Assembly (NCBI GenBank): GCA_041694815.1
Contig: JBGFSC010000050.1
Span: 1 to 24,128 of the forward strand
DNA: 24,128 nt
DNA from: Elusimicrobiota bacterium
GTDB taxonomy: Bacteria > Elusimicrobiota > Elusimicrobia > UBA1565 > JACRDR01
Direction: 5' to 3'
Part shown: piece by piece, positions 7,986 through 17,396 of the stretch
How positions within the stretch are numbered: position 1 is the stretch's first letter
How the letters are laid out: every line of letters begins with the position of its first letter
Made by a program: the position numbers and the translations under genes
The notes under the pieces: generated by a model
What the model was told of the DNA's origin: nothing
Database searches by the model: none
What the model saw: the letters and a program-made list of their open reading frames with translations, nothing else

Positions 7986-8755
7986 AGCTGCCCAAGGCCC
8001 TGATCCTGCGCTGCGCCGGCACTAATTGCGAACGGGAAACGGCCAATGCCTTCGCCATGGCCGGGGCCCGTCCCGAGCTGGCGCACATCAACGAGCTTAA
8101 GTCCGGCCGCGTGAAGCTGCTGGAGGCCGATATCTTTGTCATCCCGGGTGGTTTTTCCTACGGCGACGACGTCGCCGCGGGCCGGTTGCTCGCCAACGAG
8201 CTCAAACGCTTCGTCGTCGACCTGCGCCAATTCATCCGTTCCGGCCGCCCGGTGCTGGGCGTCTGCAACGGCTTCCAGGTTCTCGTCAAGGCCGGGTTCC
8301 TGCCAAACAACCGCCAGGAGCTGCAGTCGGCGAGCTTCACCTTCAACGACTCCAACCGCTTCGAGGCCCGCTGGACGCACCTGCGCATCAACACCCATTC
8401 GAACTGCCTCTTCACCAAGGGCCTGCCCGAAATGATCGAGCTGCCCGTCGCCCACGCGGAAGGCAAGTTTGTCGTCAAGACGCCGAAGGTGCTCGAGGAG
8501 CTCAAGCGCAGCAATTCGATCGTGCTGCGCTACGTCAATGAGACGGGAGAGCCCGCCGGCTATCCCTACAACCCGAACGGCTCCGTCTTCAACATCGCGG
8601 CCATCTCCAATCCCGAAGGAAACTGCCTGGGCCTAATGCCCCACCCGGAACGATTCATCACGCGCTACCACCATCCCAACTGGACCCGGCAGACCTTCCA
8701 CAAGGAGGGCGTTGGGCTCGAGATGCTGCGCAACGCCGTGCGGCACGTCTCATGA
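7982..8755 (+). CDS. purQ: FGAM synthase glutaminase subunit PurQ
   Basis: GTNCE, GGFSYGD, GVCNGFQ, AHAEG, NPNGS, MPHPER. Confidence 0.97.
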   Translation: MKLPKALILRCAGTNCERETANAFAMAGARPELAHINELKSGRVKLLEADIFVIPGGFSYGDDVAAGRLLANELKRFVVDLRQFIRSGRPVLGVCNGFQVLVKAGFLPNNRQELQSASFTFNDSNRFEARWTHLRINTHSNCLFTKGLPEMIELPVAHAEGKFVVKTPKVLEELKRSNSIVLRYVNETGEPAGYPYNPNGSVFNIAAISNPEGNCLGLMPHPERFITRYHHPNWTRQTFHKEGVGLEMLRNAVRHVS

Positions 8756-8770
8756 CGTTTTGAACCTTTT

Positions 8771-10123
8771 ATGTGCGGAATACTAGGAGTATCCGGGCAT
8801 CGCGACGCGGCCCGGCTGGCGAATCTCGGCCTCTTCGCCCTGCAGCACCGGGGGCAGGAGTCGGCCGGCATCGTGGCTTCCGACGGCAAGGAGCTCTCCC
8901 TCAAGGTGGGCATGGGCCTAGTCTCGGAGATCTTCGACGCGGCCTCGCTCAAGTCCCTCAAGGGCCGCTCGGCCATCGGGCACGTGCGCTACGCGACCAC
9001 CGGCGCCAGCCACCTCAAGAACGCGCAACCCTTGACCTTCAACCACGTGCACGGCCCTATCGCCATCGCGCACAACGGCAACCTCACCAACGCCATGCAG
9101 CTGCGTGGCAAGCTCGAACAGCGGGGGGCCATCTTCCAGTCCTCGACGGACAGCGAGGTCATTGTCCACCTGATCGCGCGCAACCGCGGGCCAGTGGAGG
9201 ACGCCATCCTGCAGTCGCTGCGGCAGGTGGTGGGCGCCTACTCCCTGCTCTTTCTGACGCCCCGGCAGATGATCGCCGCGCGCGATCCCTGGGGCTTCCG
9301 CCCCCTCGTCATCGGCAGGATCGGCCGCGCCTTCGTCTTCGCCTCGGAGACGACGGCCCTCAACCTCCTGGAAGCCCGCTTCGTGCGCGAGGTCGAGCCC
9401 GGGGAGGTCGTCATCACCGAGGGAACCGTCCTCAAATCCCTCAAGCCCTTCCCTCTCCCCGCCAGGGCGGCACATTGCGTCTTCGAGCAGGTCTATTTCG
9501 CGCGCCCCGATTCCATGGTCTTCGGCGCCAGCGTCCAGGCCTCCCGGCGCGCCATGGGCCGCGAGCTGGCCAAGGAGATGGCGGCTGTCCGTGCGGACCT
9601 GGTGGTCGCCGTTCCCGACTCCGGGGTGCCCGCCGCCCTGGGCTTCGCGGAGGAAAGCGGACTTCCCTTCGAGACCGGCTTCGTGCGAAGCCATTACATC
9701 GGCCGCACCTTCATTCAACCCGCGCAGGGGATGCGGGACGCCTCGGTCGCGCTCAAGCTGCTCCCCGTGCGCGAGGCGCTGGAGGGCAAGCGGATCGTGC
9801 TCATCGACGACTCCATTGTGAGGGGCACTACTTCGCGCAAGATCTGCCGGATGCTGCGCAAGATCGGCGTGCGCGAGATACACATGGGCGTCTCCAGCCC
9901 GCCGATCGTAGCTCCCTGCTATTACGGCATCGACACCCCGCGGCGCTCCGAATTAATCGCCGCCAATCACTTCGAAGAAGAGATCCGGCGCTACCTGGGC
10001 GTCGATAGCCTCCATTACCTAAGTTTGGACGGGCTGCGCAGGGCGTCGGGAGGCGGGCCCGAGCGCTTCTGCGACGCCTGCTTCACGCGGCGCTACCCTA
10101 CGCCGATCGCGGATTTCCAATGA
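8771..10123 (+). CDS. purF: Amidophosphoribosyltransferase, Fe-S type
   Basis: N-terminal MCG nucleophile, LQHRGQES, HNGNL, PRPP loop IDDSIVRGTT. Four Cys in HCVFE, PCYYGID and FCDACF, as in the [4Fe-4S] Bacillus-type enzyme. Confidence 0.98.
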   Translation: MCGILGVSGHRDAARLANLGLFALQHRGQESAGIVASDGKELSLKVGMGLVSEIFDAASLKSLKGRSAIGHVRYATTGASHLKNAQPLTFNHVHGPIAIAHNGNLTNAMQLRGKLEQRGAIFQSSTDSEVIVHLIARNRGPVEDAILQSLRQVVGAYSLLFLTPRQMIAARDPWGFRPLVIGRIGRAFVFASETTALNLLEARFVREVEPGEVVITEGTVLKSLKPFPLPARAAHCVFEQVYFARPDSMVFGASVQASRRAMGRELAKEMAAVRADLVVAVPDSGVPAALGFAEESGLPFETGFVRSHYIGRTFIQPAQGMRDASVALKLLPVREALEGKRIVLIDDSIVRGTTSRKICRMLRKIGVREIHMGVSSPPIVAPCYYGIDTPRRSELIAANHFEEEIRRYLGVDSLHYLSLDGLRRASGGGPERFCDACFTRRYPTPIADFQ

Positions 10124-11403
10124 GGGTGCTGCTCGTCGGTTCCGGCGGACGCGAGCACGCCCTCGCGTGGGCGCTCAAGACGGGACGTCGCCCCGTCGAG
10201 CTCTTCGCCTTGCCCGGTTCCGACGCCATCGCGGGCCTGGCCGAGACGATGGCCGGCGACCCCCTCGACCCTGCCTGCGTGCTGGCGGCCTGTCGCCGGC
10301 TAAAGATCGAACTCGTCGTCGTGGGGCCCGAAGCGCCCCTCGCCGCCGGGCTTGTCGACTCCCTCGAAGCGGAGGGGATCGCGGCCTTCGGCCCGGGGCG
10401 GAGCGCGGCGCGGCTGGAATCCTCTAAGATTTTCGCCAAGGAATTCATGATGCGCCACGGCGTTGCCACGGCCGCGCATGAAGTCCACGACGATCCCGTA
10501 TCGGCCCAGGACGCCGCCGCGCAGCTTCCACTGCCCTTGGTGGTGAAAGCGGACGGACTGGCGTCCGGAAAGGGGGTCTTCATCTGCCGCAGCCGCAAGG
10601 AGGCGCTGCAGACCGTCGGCGAGCTCATGATCCGGCGTTCCATCGGCGAGGCGGGAAGGCGCGTCGTGCTCGAGGAGTGCCTCCAAGGGCCCGAGCTGAC
10701 CGTCATGGCCTTCTACGACGGAAAAACCCTCAAGCCCCTTCCGCCCTGTCGCGACCATAAGCGCCTGGGTGACGGCGACGAGGGGCCCAATACGGGAGGC
10801 ATGGGGGCTGTCTCGCCGTTGCCCTCGCTCGGTGAGGATCTCGCACGGCGCATCCAGACCGGGGTCCTGGACCGGACGCTCGAGGGATTGCGGTCCGAGG
10901 GACTCTCGTACCGGGGAGTCCTATACTTCGGCCTAATGCTCACCGAGGCCGGCCCCAAGGTCCTGGAATTCAACGTACGCTTCGGCGACCCGGAAGCCCA
11001 GACCGTTCTTCCCCTGTTGGAAACGGATCTACTCGACGTGCTGCAGGCCTGCCGCGACGGCCGCCTGCGCTCTCTCACGCTCAGGACGCGCCCCGCTTAT
11101 TCCGCATCGATCGTACTGGCTTCTCCGGGTTATCCTGGAACCTCCAGGACGGGAGCCTGGATCGATGGAATCGAATCGGCCGAACGAGAGGAGGGGGTGC
11201 ACGTCTTCCACGCCGGCACGAAGAAAAGCGGCGGCGCATGGGTGACGGCCGGGGGGCGCGTGCTCGCGGTACAGGCCTCGGGACCGTCCTTGTCGGCGGC
11301 ATTGGAGAAGGCCTACGGGGCCGCGGGGGGCATCCGCTTCGAAGGGATGCAATATCGCACGGACATCGGGTCCAAGGAGGCAGTATGGGTAAGCCAGCGG
11401 TAG
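10120..11403 (+). CDS. purD: Phosphoribosylamine-glycine ligase
   Basis: GSGGREHAL, VGPEAPL, KADGLASGKGV, GPNTGGMG, EFNVRFGDPE, GGRVL. Confidence 0.98.
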   Translation: MRVLLVGSGGREHALAWALKTGRRPVELFALPGSDAIAGLAETMAGDPLDPACVLAACRRLKIELVVVGPEAPLAAGLVDSLEAEGIAAFGPGRSAARLESSKIFAKEFMMRHGVATAAHEVHDDPVSAQDAAAQLPLPLVVKADGLASGKGVFICRSRKEALQTVGELMIRRSIGEAGRRVVLEECLQGPELTVMAFYDGKTLKPLPPCRDHKRLGDGDEGPNTGGMGAVSPLPSLGEDLARRIQTGVLDRTLEGLRSEGLSYRGVLYFGLMLTEAGPKVLEFNVRFGDPEAQTVLPLLETDLLDVLQACRDGRLRSLTLRTRPAYSASIVLASPGYPGTSRTGAWIDGIESAEREEGVHVFHAGTKKSGGAWVTAGGRVLAVQASGPSLSAALEKAYGAAGGIRFEGMQYRTDIGSKEAVWVSQR

Positions 11404-11861
11404 CTATTTTCATGGGGAGCGAATCGGATCGGCCGATTCTTTCCAAGGCGGCGGAGGCGCTCAAAGCGCTGGGCGTCCCTTTCGTGTGGAAGGTCGCCTC
11501 GGCGCATCGCAGCCCCGCCTACCTCCATGAGCTGGTACTAAAACTCGACAAGGGCGGGGTCCAGGTCTTCATGGCGGGCGCGGGAGGAGCCGCCCACCTG
11601 GCGGGAGTCGTGGCCAGCCTGACGCAGAAGCCCGTCATCGGGGTGCCGCTGTCCTCCAAGCTCAACGGCCTAGACTCGCTCCTGTCGACCGTGCAGATGC
11701 CCCGCGGCGTCCCGGTGGCGACCGTGGCGATTGACAACGCCGAGAACGCGGCTCTGCTGGCGGCGCAGATTTTATCCCTGTCGGACGCGCGCCTGGCGAA
11801 GGCCTTGGCGGAGCGCCGACGCACGGAGGCCGCCTCCATCGCCGCCCAAGGACTTTCATGA
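11385..11861 (+). CDS. purE: N5-CAIR mutase (class I PurE, 158 aa)
   Basis: [46 protein letters not shown] at 11374-11380. Confidence 0.96.
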   Translation: MGKPAVAIFMGSESDRPILSKAAEALKALGVPFVWKVASAHRSPAYLHELVLKLDKGGVQVFMAGAGGAAHLAGVVASLTQKPVIGVPLSSKLNGLDSLLSTVQMPRGVPVATVAIDNAENAALLAAQILSLSDARLAKALAERRRTEAASIAAQGLS

Positions 11862-12811
11862 ACTGGACCCGCAAGGACCTCTTGGGGATCGAGGAACTCT
11901 CCTCAAGCGAAATCGAGCTGCTGCTCGATACCGCGGGCGAATGCAAGCGCGACTTTAAATCCGGCAAAGTCGGCGCTGATTTGCGTGGTCATACGCTCGC
12001 CTTCGTGTTCTCGGAACCCTCCACGCGTACCCGTTCCTCCTTCGAGATCGCCGCGCGCCGGCTGGGCGCGGAGGTACTGGGATTCTCGGTCTCGGCCTCG
12101 AGCGTACTTAAGGGGGAAAGCCTCGTCGACACCCTGCTCAACCTCCAGGCGATGGGAGTGGGCTTCTTCGTCATCCGCCATGAGCTCTCCGGAGCGGTCG
12201 CCCAGGCGGCCGGCTCCGTCCGGGCGCATCTCATCAACGCCGGAGACGGCGCCCACGAGCATCCCACGCAGGCCTTGCTCGATCTCTACACCTTGCGGGA
12301 AAGGAAAGGTCGCATCGAGGGGCTCAAGGTCGTCATTGTGGGAGACGTCCTCCACAGCCGCGTGGCGCGCTCCAATATTTGGGGCTTAAAAAAGCTCAAG
12401 GCGCGCGTGACGGTCTGCGGGCCGGCCACCCTGATCCCGAAGGATGTAGAGAAATGGGGCGTTGCCGTCAGCCATGATCTATCTCGGGCCATCAAAGGCG
12501 CCGATGCCGTCAACGTATTGCGCCTGCAGCTGGAGCGGCAAAAAGAGAATCTCATCCCCTCCCTGGGCGAGTACTACGAGAGCTATGGGCTTACCTCCGA
12601 GAGACTGCGCGACGCCGAGCCCGATTGTCTCATCCTCCATCCCGGACCGATGAACCGCGCCGTCGAGATATCATCGGAGTTGGCGGACGGGCCCCGCTCG
12701 GCGATCCTAGAGCAGGTCGCCAATGGGGTCGCCGTGCGCATGGCCGCTCTCAAGCTGCTGGCCTCCGTGTCCTCGGACGCGAAGGCTCGAAAGACGAAGG
12801 TGCGCGCATGA
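11858..12811 (+). CDS. pyrB: Aspartate carbamoyltransferase catalytic subunit
   Basis: [47 protein letters not shown]. Confidence 0.98.
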   Translation: MNWTRKDLLGIEELSSSEIELLLDTAGECKRDFKSGKVGADLRGHTLAFVFSEPSTRTRSSFEIAARRLGAEVLGFSVSASSVLKGESLVDTLLNLQAMGVGFFVIRHELSGAVAQAAGSVRAHLINAGDGAHEHPTQALLDLYTLRERKGRIEGLKVVIVGDVLHSRVARSNIWGLKKLKARVTVCGPATLIPKDVEKWGVAVSHDLSRAIKGADAVNVLRLQLERQKENLIPSLGEYYESYGLTSERLRDAEPDCLILHPGPMNRAVEISSELADGPRSAILEQVANGVAVRMAALKLLASVSSDAKARKTKVRA

Positions 12812-14106
12812 GCCTAGGCGAGCGGATACTCATCACCGGCGGCTTGGTGATCGATCCGTCCCAAAACCTCGAGGCGGCACGGGATCTGCTGTTGGAGAAC
12901 GGCAAGGTCGCCGCCGTCGGTCAAAAGCTTCCCGGCGACGGCTGCCGCCGCATCGACGCCTCCGGGCGCTGGGTGCTGCCCGGCCTCATCGACATGCACG
13001 TGCACCTGCGCGAGCCGGGCCGCGAGCAGGACGAGACGATCGCCTCCGGCACGCGCGCGGCGGCCGCCGGCGGCGTGACCACCGTGCTCGCCATGCCGAA
13101 CACCGAGCCGGTGATCGACACTCCCGCCATGGTGGAGTTCCTACTCGACCGGGCCCGCGCCGAGGGGCTCGTGAACGTGCTCGCCTCGGGCGCCGTGACG
13201 CGGGGGCAAAAGGGAGCGGAGCTCTCGGAAATGGGCCGCATGGCAGCCGCCGGTGCCGTCGCCGTGACCGACGACGGGCGCCCCATCATGAACGCGCAGG
13301 TGATGCGCCGCGCGCTCGAATACGCCCGTGGATTCGCCCTCCCCATCCTGGATCACTGCGAGGACGAGAACCTCTCGGCAGGCGGCGTCATGAACGAAGG
13401 ACCCCACGCCGCGGCCAAAGGGGTGGGCGGGATCCCCGTCGCGGCCGAGAGCGTGATGGCCATGCGCGACATCGCCTTGGCGGAGCTGACCGGTGGCCGG
13501 CTGCATCTCTGCCACGTCAGCGCCGCGGCGACGATCGAGCTGCTGCGCCGCGCCAAGGAGCGCGGTGTGCCGGTCACGGCCGAGGCCGCGCCGCACCATT
13601 TCACGCTCATCGACGAGGACGTTTCCGGCTACGACGCCGATTTCAAGATGAATCCGCCGCTGCGCCGCGAGGAAGACCGCGAGGCCGTCTGCCGCGCCCT
13701 GGCCGAGGGCGTCATCGACGCGATCGCCACGGACCACGCCCCTCACGGCCCGGGCAAGAAGGCCCTCGGCTTGGCCGCCGCGCCTTTCGGGGTGATCGGC
13801 CTGGAGACCCTGCTCCCCCTCACCTTGCGCTTGGTGGAGCGCCGCGCCCTATCGCGGCGCAGGGCGGTGGAGCTCCTCTCGACCGCGCCGGCGCGCATCC
13901 TCTCGCTCAAGGCCAAGGGGAGCTTGAAGCCCGGAATGGACGCCGACGTCACGATCGTCGATCCCTCCGCGAGCTACGTCGCCGACCGTTTCGAGTCGAG
14001 AAGCCGGAACTCTCCCTTCCGTCGCTGGAAGCTCAAGGGGCGCGCTGAAACGGTAATCGTCGGAGGGCGCCTGGTCCTCGAGAAGGGGGATTTCGCGCCG
14101 CGATGA
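12808..14106 (+). CDS. pyrC: Dihydroorotase, long class I type (432 aa)
   Basis: DMHVHLREPG, MPNT, TDDG, HCED, CHVS, KMNPPLR, ATDHAPH. Metal ligands and catalytic Asp are present. ATGA overlap with pyrB. Confidence 0.96.
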   Translation: MSLGERILITGGLVIDPSQNLEAARDLLLENGKVAAVGQKLPGDGCRRIDASGRWVLPGLIDMHVHLREPGREQDETIASGTRAAAAGGVTTVLAMPNTEPVIDTPAMVEFLLDRARAEGLVNVLASGAVTRGQKGAELSEMGRMAAAGAVAVTDDGRPIMNAQVMRRALEYARGFALPILDHCEDENLSAGGVMNEGPHAAAKGVGGIPVAAESVMAMRDIALAELTGGRLHLCHVSAAATIELLRRAKERGVPVTAEAAPHHFTLIDEDVSGYDADFKMNPPLRREEDREAVCRALAEGVIDAIATDHAPHGPGKKALGLAAAPFGVIGLETLLPLTLRLVERRALSRRRAVELLSTAPARILSLKAKGSLKPGMDADVTIVDPSASYVADRFESRSRNSPFRRWKLKGRAETVIVGGRLVLEKGDFAPR

Positions 14107-15179
14107 CGCTCTATGAGTCCCTGCTGCGCCCCTGCTTGTTCCGAATGGAGCCGGAGCGAGCCCACGCGCTCGTGCTTGGGACATTGGAATGGGCCGCGCG
14201 GGTCCCGGGCGCCTTGGCGATGTTGGCCGCCGCCTTCCGATTCGACTCTCCGGCTTTGCGCGCGCGCCTTGGCGGGATAACCCTGAGCAATCCCGTGGGC
14301 CTCGCCGCCGGCTTCGACAAGGACGCTCGCGCTCCGCTGGCGCTGGCCGCCTTGGGCTTCGGGTTCATCGAGCTGGGTACCGTGACGCTCCGGCCCCAAT
14401 CCGGAAATCCTTCCCCCAGGCTCTGGCGTATTCCCGAGGAGGAGGCGCTGCTCAATCGCCTGGGCTTCAACAACGACGGCGCCGAGGCGCTCGCTCGGCG
14501 CCTGCGCGAGATCGGCGAGCTCCCATTGCCGGTGGGCGTCAATATCGGCTTGAACGCGGACGTCCCGCTGGAGAAATCCCCCTGGGAGTACGCCGGCGCC
14601 TTCGAGCTGCTGCGTGAGCATGGGAACTATTTCGTCGTCAACGTCAGCTCGCCGAATACGGACCGCCTACGGGAGCTCCAAGGGCGGCTGAGGCTCGAGC
14701 GCATCTTGACGGAGATCGACTCGAGGAACCCGCGACGCAAACCCGTCCTCGTGAAACTGTCGCCCGACATGGACCCCGAGCGCCTCGAGGAGCTCTGCCC
14801 CTTGCTGCTCCAGGCGGCCGCCGGCGCGGTCGTCTCCAACACGACGCTTTCCCGCGAAGGCCTGCCCGAACGCTACTTGGAGCAGCGGGGAGGCCTCAGC
14901 GGAGCCCCGCTGCGGCTGCGCAGCACGGAATGGATCGCGCGCCTTCGTCGGGCCACGCGAGGCAGGCTCCCCATCGTGGGCGTCGGCGGCATATCCTCCG
15001 CCGAACACGCCTACGAGAAGCTGCGCGCCGGCGCCAGCGCCGTGCAGCTCTACACCGGGTTGGTCTATAAGGGCCCCGGCCTGGTGCGCGAGATCAAACG
15101 AGGCCTGGCGGGGCTGCTGGAAGCCCACGGGCTGCCCGCGGTCGAGGATGCCGTAGGGTTGAGTGTAAACAACGCATGA
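14103..15179 (+). CDS. pyrD: Quinone-dependent dihydroorotate dehydrogenase (class 2)
   Basis: N-terminal helical extension (LF..EPERAH), GLAAGFDK, NRLGFNN, NVSSPNT (Ser base), KLSPD, GGLSG. Confidence 0.97.
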   Translation: MTLYESLLRPCLFRMEPERAHALVLGTLEWAARVPGALAMLAAAFRFDSPALRARLGGITLSNPVGLAAGFDKDARAPLALAALGFGFIELGTVTLRPQSGNPSPRLWRIPEEEALLNRLGFNNDGAEALARRLREIGELPLPVGVNIGLNADVPLEKSPWEYAGAFELLREHGNYFVVNVSSPNTDRLRELQGRLRLERILTEIDSRNPRRKPVLVKLSPDMDPERLEELCPLLLQAAAGAVVSNTTLSREGLPERYLEQRGGLSGAPLRLRSTEWIARLRRATRGRLPIVGVGGISSAEHAYEKLRAGASAVQLYTGLVYKGPGLVREIKRGLAGLLEAHGLPAVEDAVGLSVNNA

Positions 15180-15850
15180 CCGACGTCATCGCCGCCCTCG
15201 ACGTCGATACCTTGGCCCAAGCGGAACGGCTGCTCGAGCGGCTGCGCGGGGCCATCGACCATTACAAGATCGGCTTGGAGCTCTTCACCGCGCACGGACC
15301 TCGCGCCGTCGAGCTGGTCCACCGCTACGGAGGCAAGGTCTTCTTGGACCTGAAGATGTTCGACATACCCCGGACGGTCGAGCGAGGGGTGCGCCGGGCG
15401 CAGGAGCTCGGGGTTTTCTCCCTCTCGGTGCACCTGTGGGGAGGCAGGGGGATGCTCGCGGCGGCAGCCTCCGTGAGTCCCCGTCCCAAGCTCTGGGGGG
15501 TGACGGTGCTGACCTCTTGGGGCGCCGAGGATTTGCGCGGAATAGGTCCAGGATTGAACCTTAAGCCCACGGTGCTGCGCCTCGCGAAGCTAGGCAAGCG
15601 CCTCGGTTTGGACGGCACCATCTGCTCCGCGCAGGAGGCGCCCGACTTACTTAAGGCCTTGGGCCCCGGAAGCTGTTTGATCACGCCCGGAATCCGCCCC
15701 GCCGGTTCCGACCGGCACGATCAGAAACGCGTGTCGACCCCCGAGGTGGCCTCCCGTCTCGGCGTCCGTTACCTGGTGATCGGCCGTCCGATCACGGAAG
15801 CCAGCTCGCCTCGCGAGGCGGCGCTCGATATCTTGGGCTCGATCCAATGA
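15176..15850 (+). CDS. pyrF: Orotidine-5'-phosphate decarboxylase
   Basis: ALD, YKIG, DLKMFDIPRT (DxKxxDIxxT), VTVLTS, TPGIR, DQKR, IGRPIT. Confidence 0.96.
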   Translation: MTDVIAALDVDTLAQAERLLERLRGAIDHYKIGLELFTAHGPRAVELVHRYGGKVFLDLKMFDIPRTVERGVRRAQELGVFSLSVHLWGGRGMLAAAASVSPRPKLWGVTVLTSWGAEDLRGIGPGLNLKPTVLRLAKLGKRLGLDGTICSAQEAPDLLKALGPGSCLITPGIRPAGSDRHDQKRVSTPEVASRLGVRYLVIGRPITEASSPREAALDILGSIQ

Positions 15851-16434
15851 ACCTCGACGGCGAGCAGCTCCTGCGCGAGATCGAGCGGCGCGGCGCGCTG
15901 CAGCGCGGGCATTTCCTCCTTTCCTCGGGCCTCCACAGTGACCAGTACGTCCAATGCGCCCTGCTTTTCCGCGACGGCGCGTTCGCCGAATCTCTAGGCC
16001 GAGCACTGGCCTCGCTGGCTCCCGAACCTCCCGACTGCGTCGTTTCTCCGGCCTTGGGAGGGCTGCTCATCGGCCACGAGGTGGCCAAGGCGCTGCGGGC
16101 GCCGTTTATCTTCGCCGAGCGCGAGGGCGGTGCCATGGCGCTGCGGCGCGGGTTCTCTCTCGAGGAGGGGAGGACGGCCCTCATCGTCGAGGATGTCTTG
16201 ACGACGGGCAAGTCCACACTGGAGGTAGCCTCGCTGCTGCGTTCCCTCGGGGCGCGGGTCGCCGCAGTCCTCTCGGTCATCGACCGCGGCGTGGAACAGT
16301 CCTCGCTCGGCTTTCCCGCGCGCAGCCTGCTCCGGCTCCCGCTGCGCGCGCAGCCCCCCGGGGAGTGCGGGCTGTGCCGATTGGGCGCTCCGCTGGTCAA
16401 GCCGGGAAGCCGGCCGGAGCCCAAGCCGTGCTGA
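15847..16434 (+). CDS. pyrE: Orotate phosphoribosyltransferase (Thermus-like type with C-terminal CxxC)
   Basis: GHFLLSSGLHS, PALGG, FAER, PRPP motif VEDVLTTGKS, C-terminal CGLC...KPGSR. Confidence 0.95.
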   Translation: MNLDGEQLLREIERRGALQRGHFLLSSGLHSDQYVQCALLFRDGAFAESLGRALASLAPEPPDCVVSPALGGLLIGHEVAKALRAPFIFAEREGGAMALRRGFSLEEGRTALIVEDVLTTGKSTLEVASLLRSLGARVAAVLSVIDRGVEQSSLGFPARSLLRLPLRAQPPGECGLCRLGAPLVKPGSRPEPKPC

Positions 16435-17396
16435 CGTATAAAAAAGCCGGCGTCGACATCGACCTGGCCGACCGCTTCGTCGAATTCCTGCAAAAGAAAT
16501 CGCCGGCCATCGGCGGCTTTTCCGGGCTCTTCCCACTCAAGTTTACGGGCGCGGGGGATTACTGCCTGGCCGCCTGCACCGACGGCGTGGGCACCAAGCT
16601 TAAGATCGCATTCCTGCTGGACCGGCACGAGACCGTCGGCATCGACCTCGTCGCCATGTGCGTCAACGACCTCATCACCTGCGGCGCCAAGCCGCTTTTC
16701 TTCCTGGATTATTACGCCACCGGCAAGCTCCATCTCGAGCGCTCCAAGCGAATTCTTTCAGGGATACTCGAAGGATGCCGGCAGGGCCGGCTGGCCCTCT
16801 TGGGCGGGGAGACCGCCGAGATGCCCGGCTTCTACCATGGCGGCGAATACGACTTGGCCGGGTTCGCGGTGGGCATCGTCGCGCGCTCGGAGATCATCGA
16901 CGGCACGAAGATATTCCCCGGCGATCTCATCCTCGGGCTTCCTTCCTCGGGGCTTCATTCCAACGGGTATTCCTTGGCGCGCAAGGCCCTCGGCCCCCGC
17001 GAGCTGCGGCGGCTCGGGCCGCGGCTGCTGACTGCGACGCGCATCTACGTAGAGGAGATCGCCTTGCTGCAGCGCGCTTTCCTGGAAGCCGGCCACATCA
17101 TCCTCGGGATGGCCCACATCACGGGCTCCGGCATCCCCGGCAACCTCCCGCGCGTGCTGCCGCGCGGCTGCAAGGCGGTGCTTCATACGAAGGCCTGGAA
17201 GGTGCCTCCCCTTTTCCGGCTTATCCAGGAGAAGGGCGGCATCGGGGAGGCCGAGATGTGGAGCACCTTCAACATGGGCATCGGCATGGCGATCGTGATC
17301 CGGCCCAATTCCCTGGCCCTGGCCCTCAAGCTCCTGCCCCAGGCCCGCCTTATCGGCGAGATCATCGGCGGAAAACAAGAGGTGCTGCTCAAGTGA
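16428..17396 (+). CDS. purM: AIR synthetase (322 aa)
   Basis: TYKKAGVDI, TDGVGTK, AMCVND, GGETAEMPG, SGLHSNGYSL, HITG, FNMGIG. GTG start at 16428. Confidence 0.97.
   Translation: MLTYKKAGVDIDLADRFVEFLQKKSPAIGGFSGLFPLKFTGAGDYCLAACTDGVGTKLKIAFLLDRHETVGIDLVAMCVNDLITCGAKPLFFLDYYATGKLHLERSKRILSGILEGCRQGRLALLGGETAEMPGFYHGGEYDLAGFAVGIVARSEIIDGTKIFPGDLILGLPSSGLHSNGYSLARKALGPRELRRLGPRLLTATRIYVEEIALLQRAFLEAGHIILGMAHITGSGIPGNLPRVLPRGCKAVLHTKAWKVPPLFRLIQEKGGIGEAEMWSTFNMGIGMAIVIRPNSLALALKLLPQARLIGEIIGGKQEVLLK

Noticed and set aside
12723..14048. 441-aa alternative-frame ORF over pyrC (similarly 8773..10008 over purF)
   Set aside because: Arg/Gly/Pro-rich with no motifs. This is a typical shadow frame of high-GC coding DNA.
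16658..17395. Apparent 246-aa N-terminal extension of PurN-PurH (and extensions of purC, purS, purL, purE, pyrC, purM and carB in the ORF track)
   Set aside because: The extensions overlap the upstream genes out of frame. Homology begins at the downstream coupled start codons.
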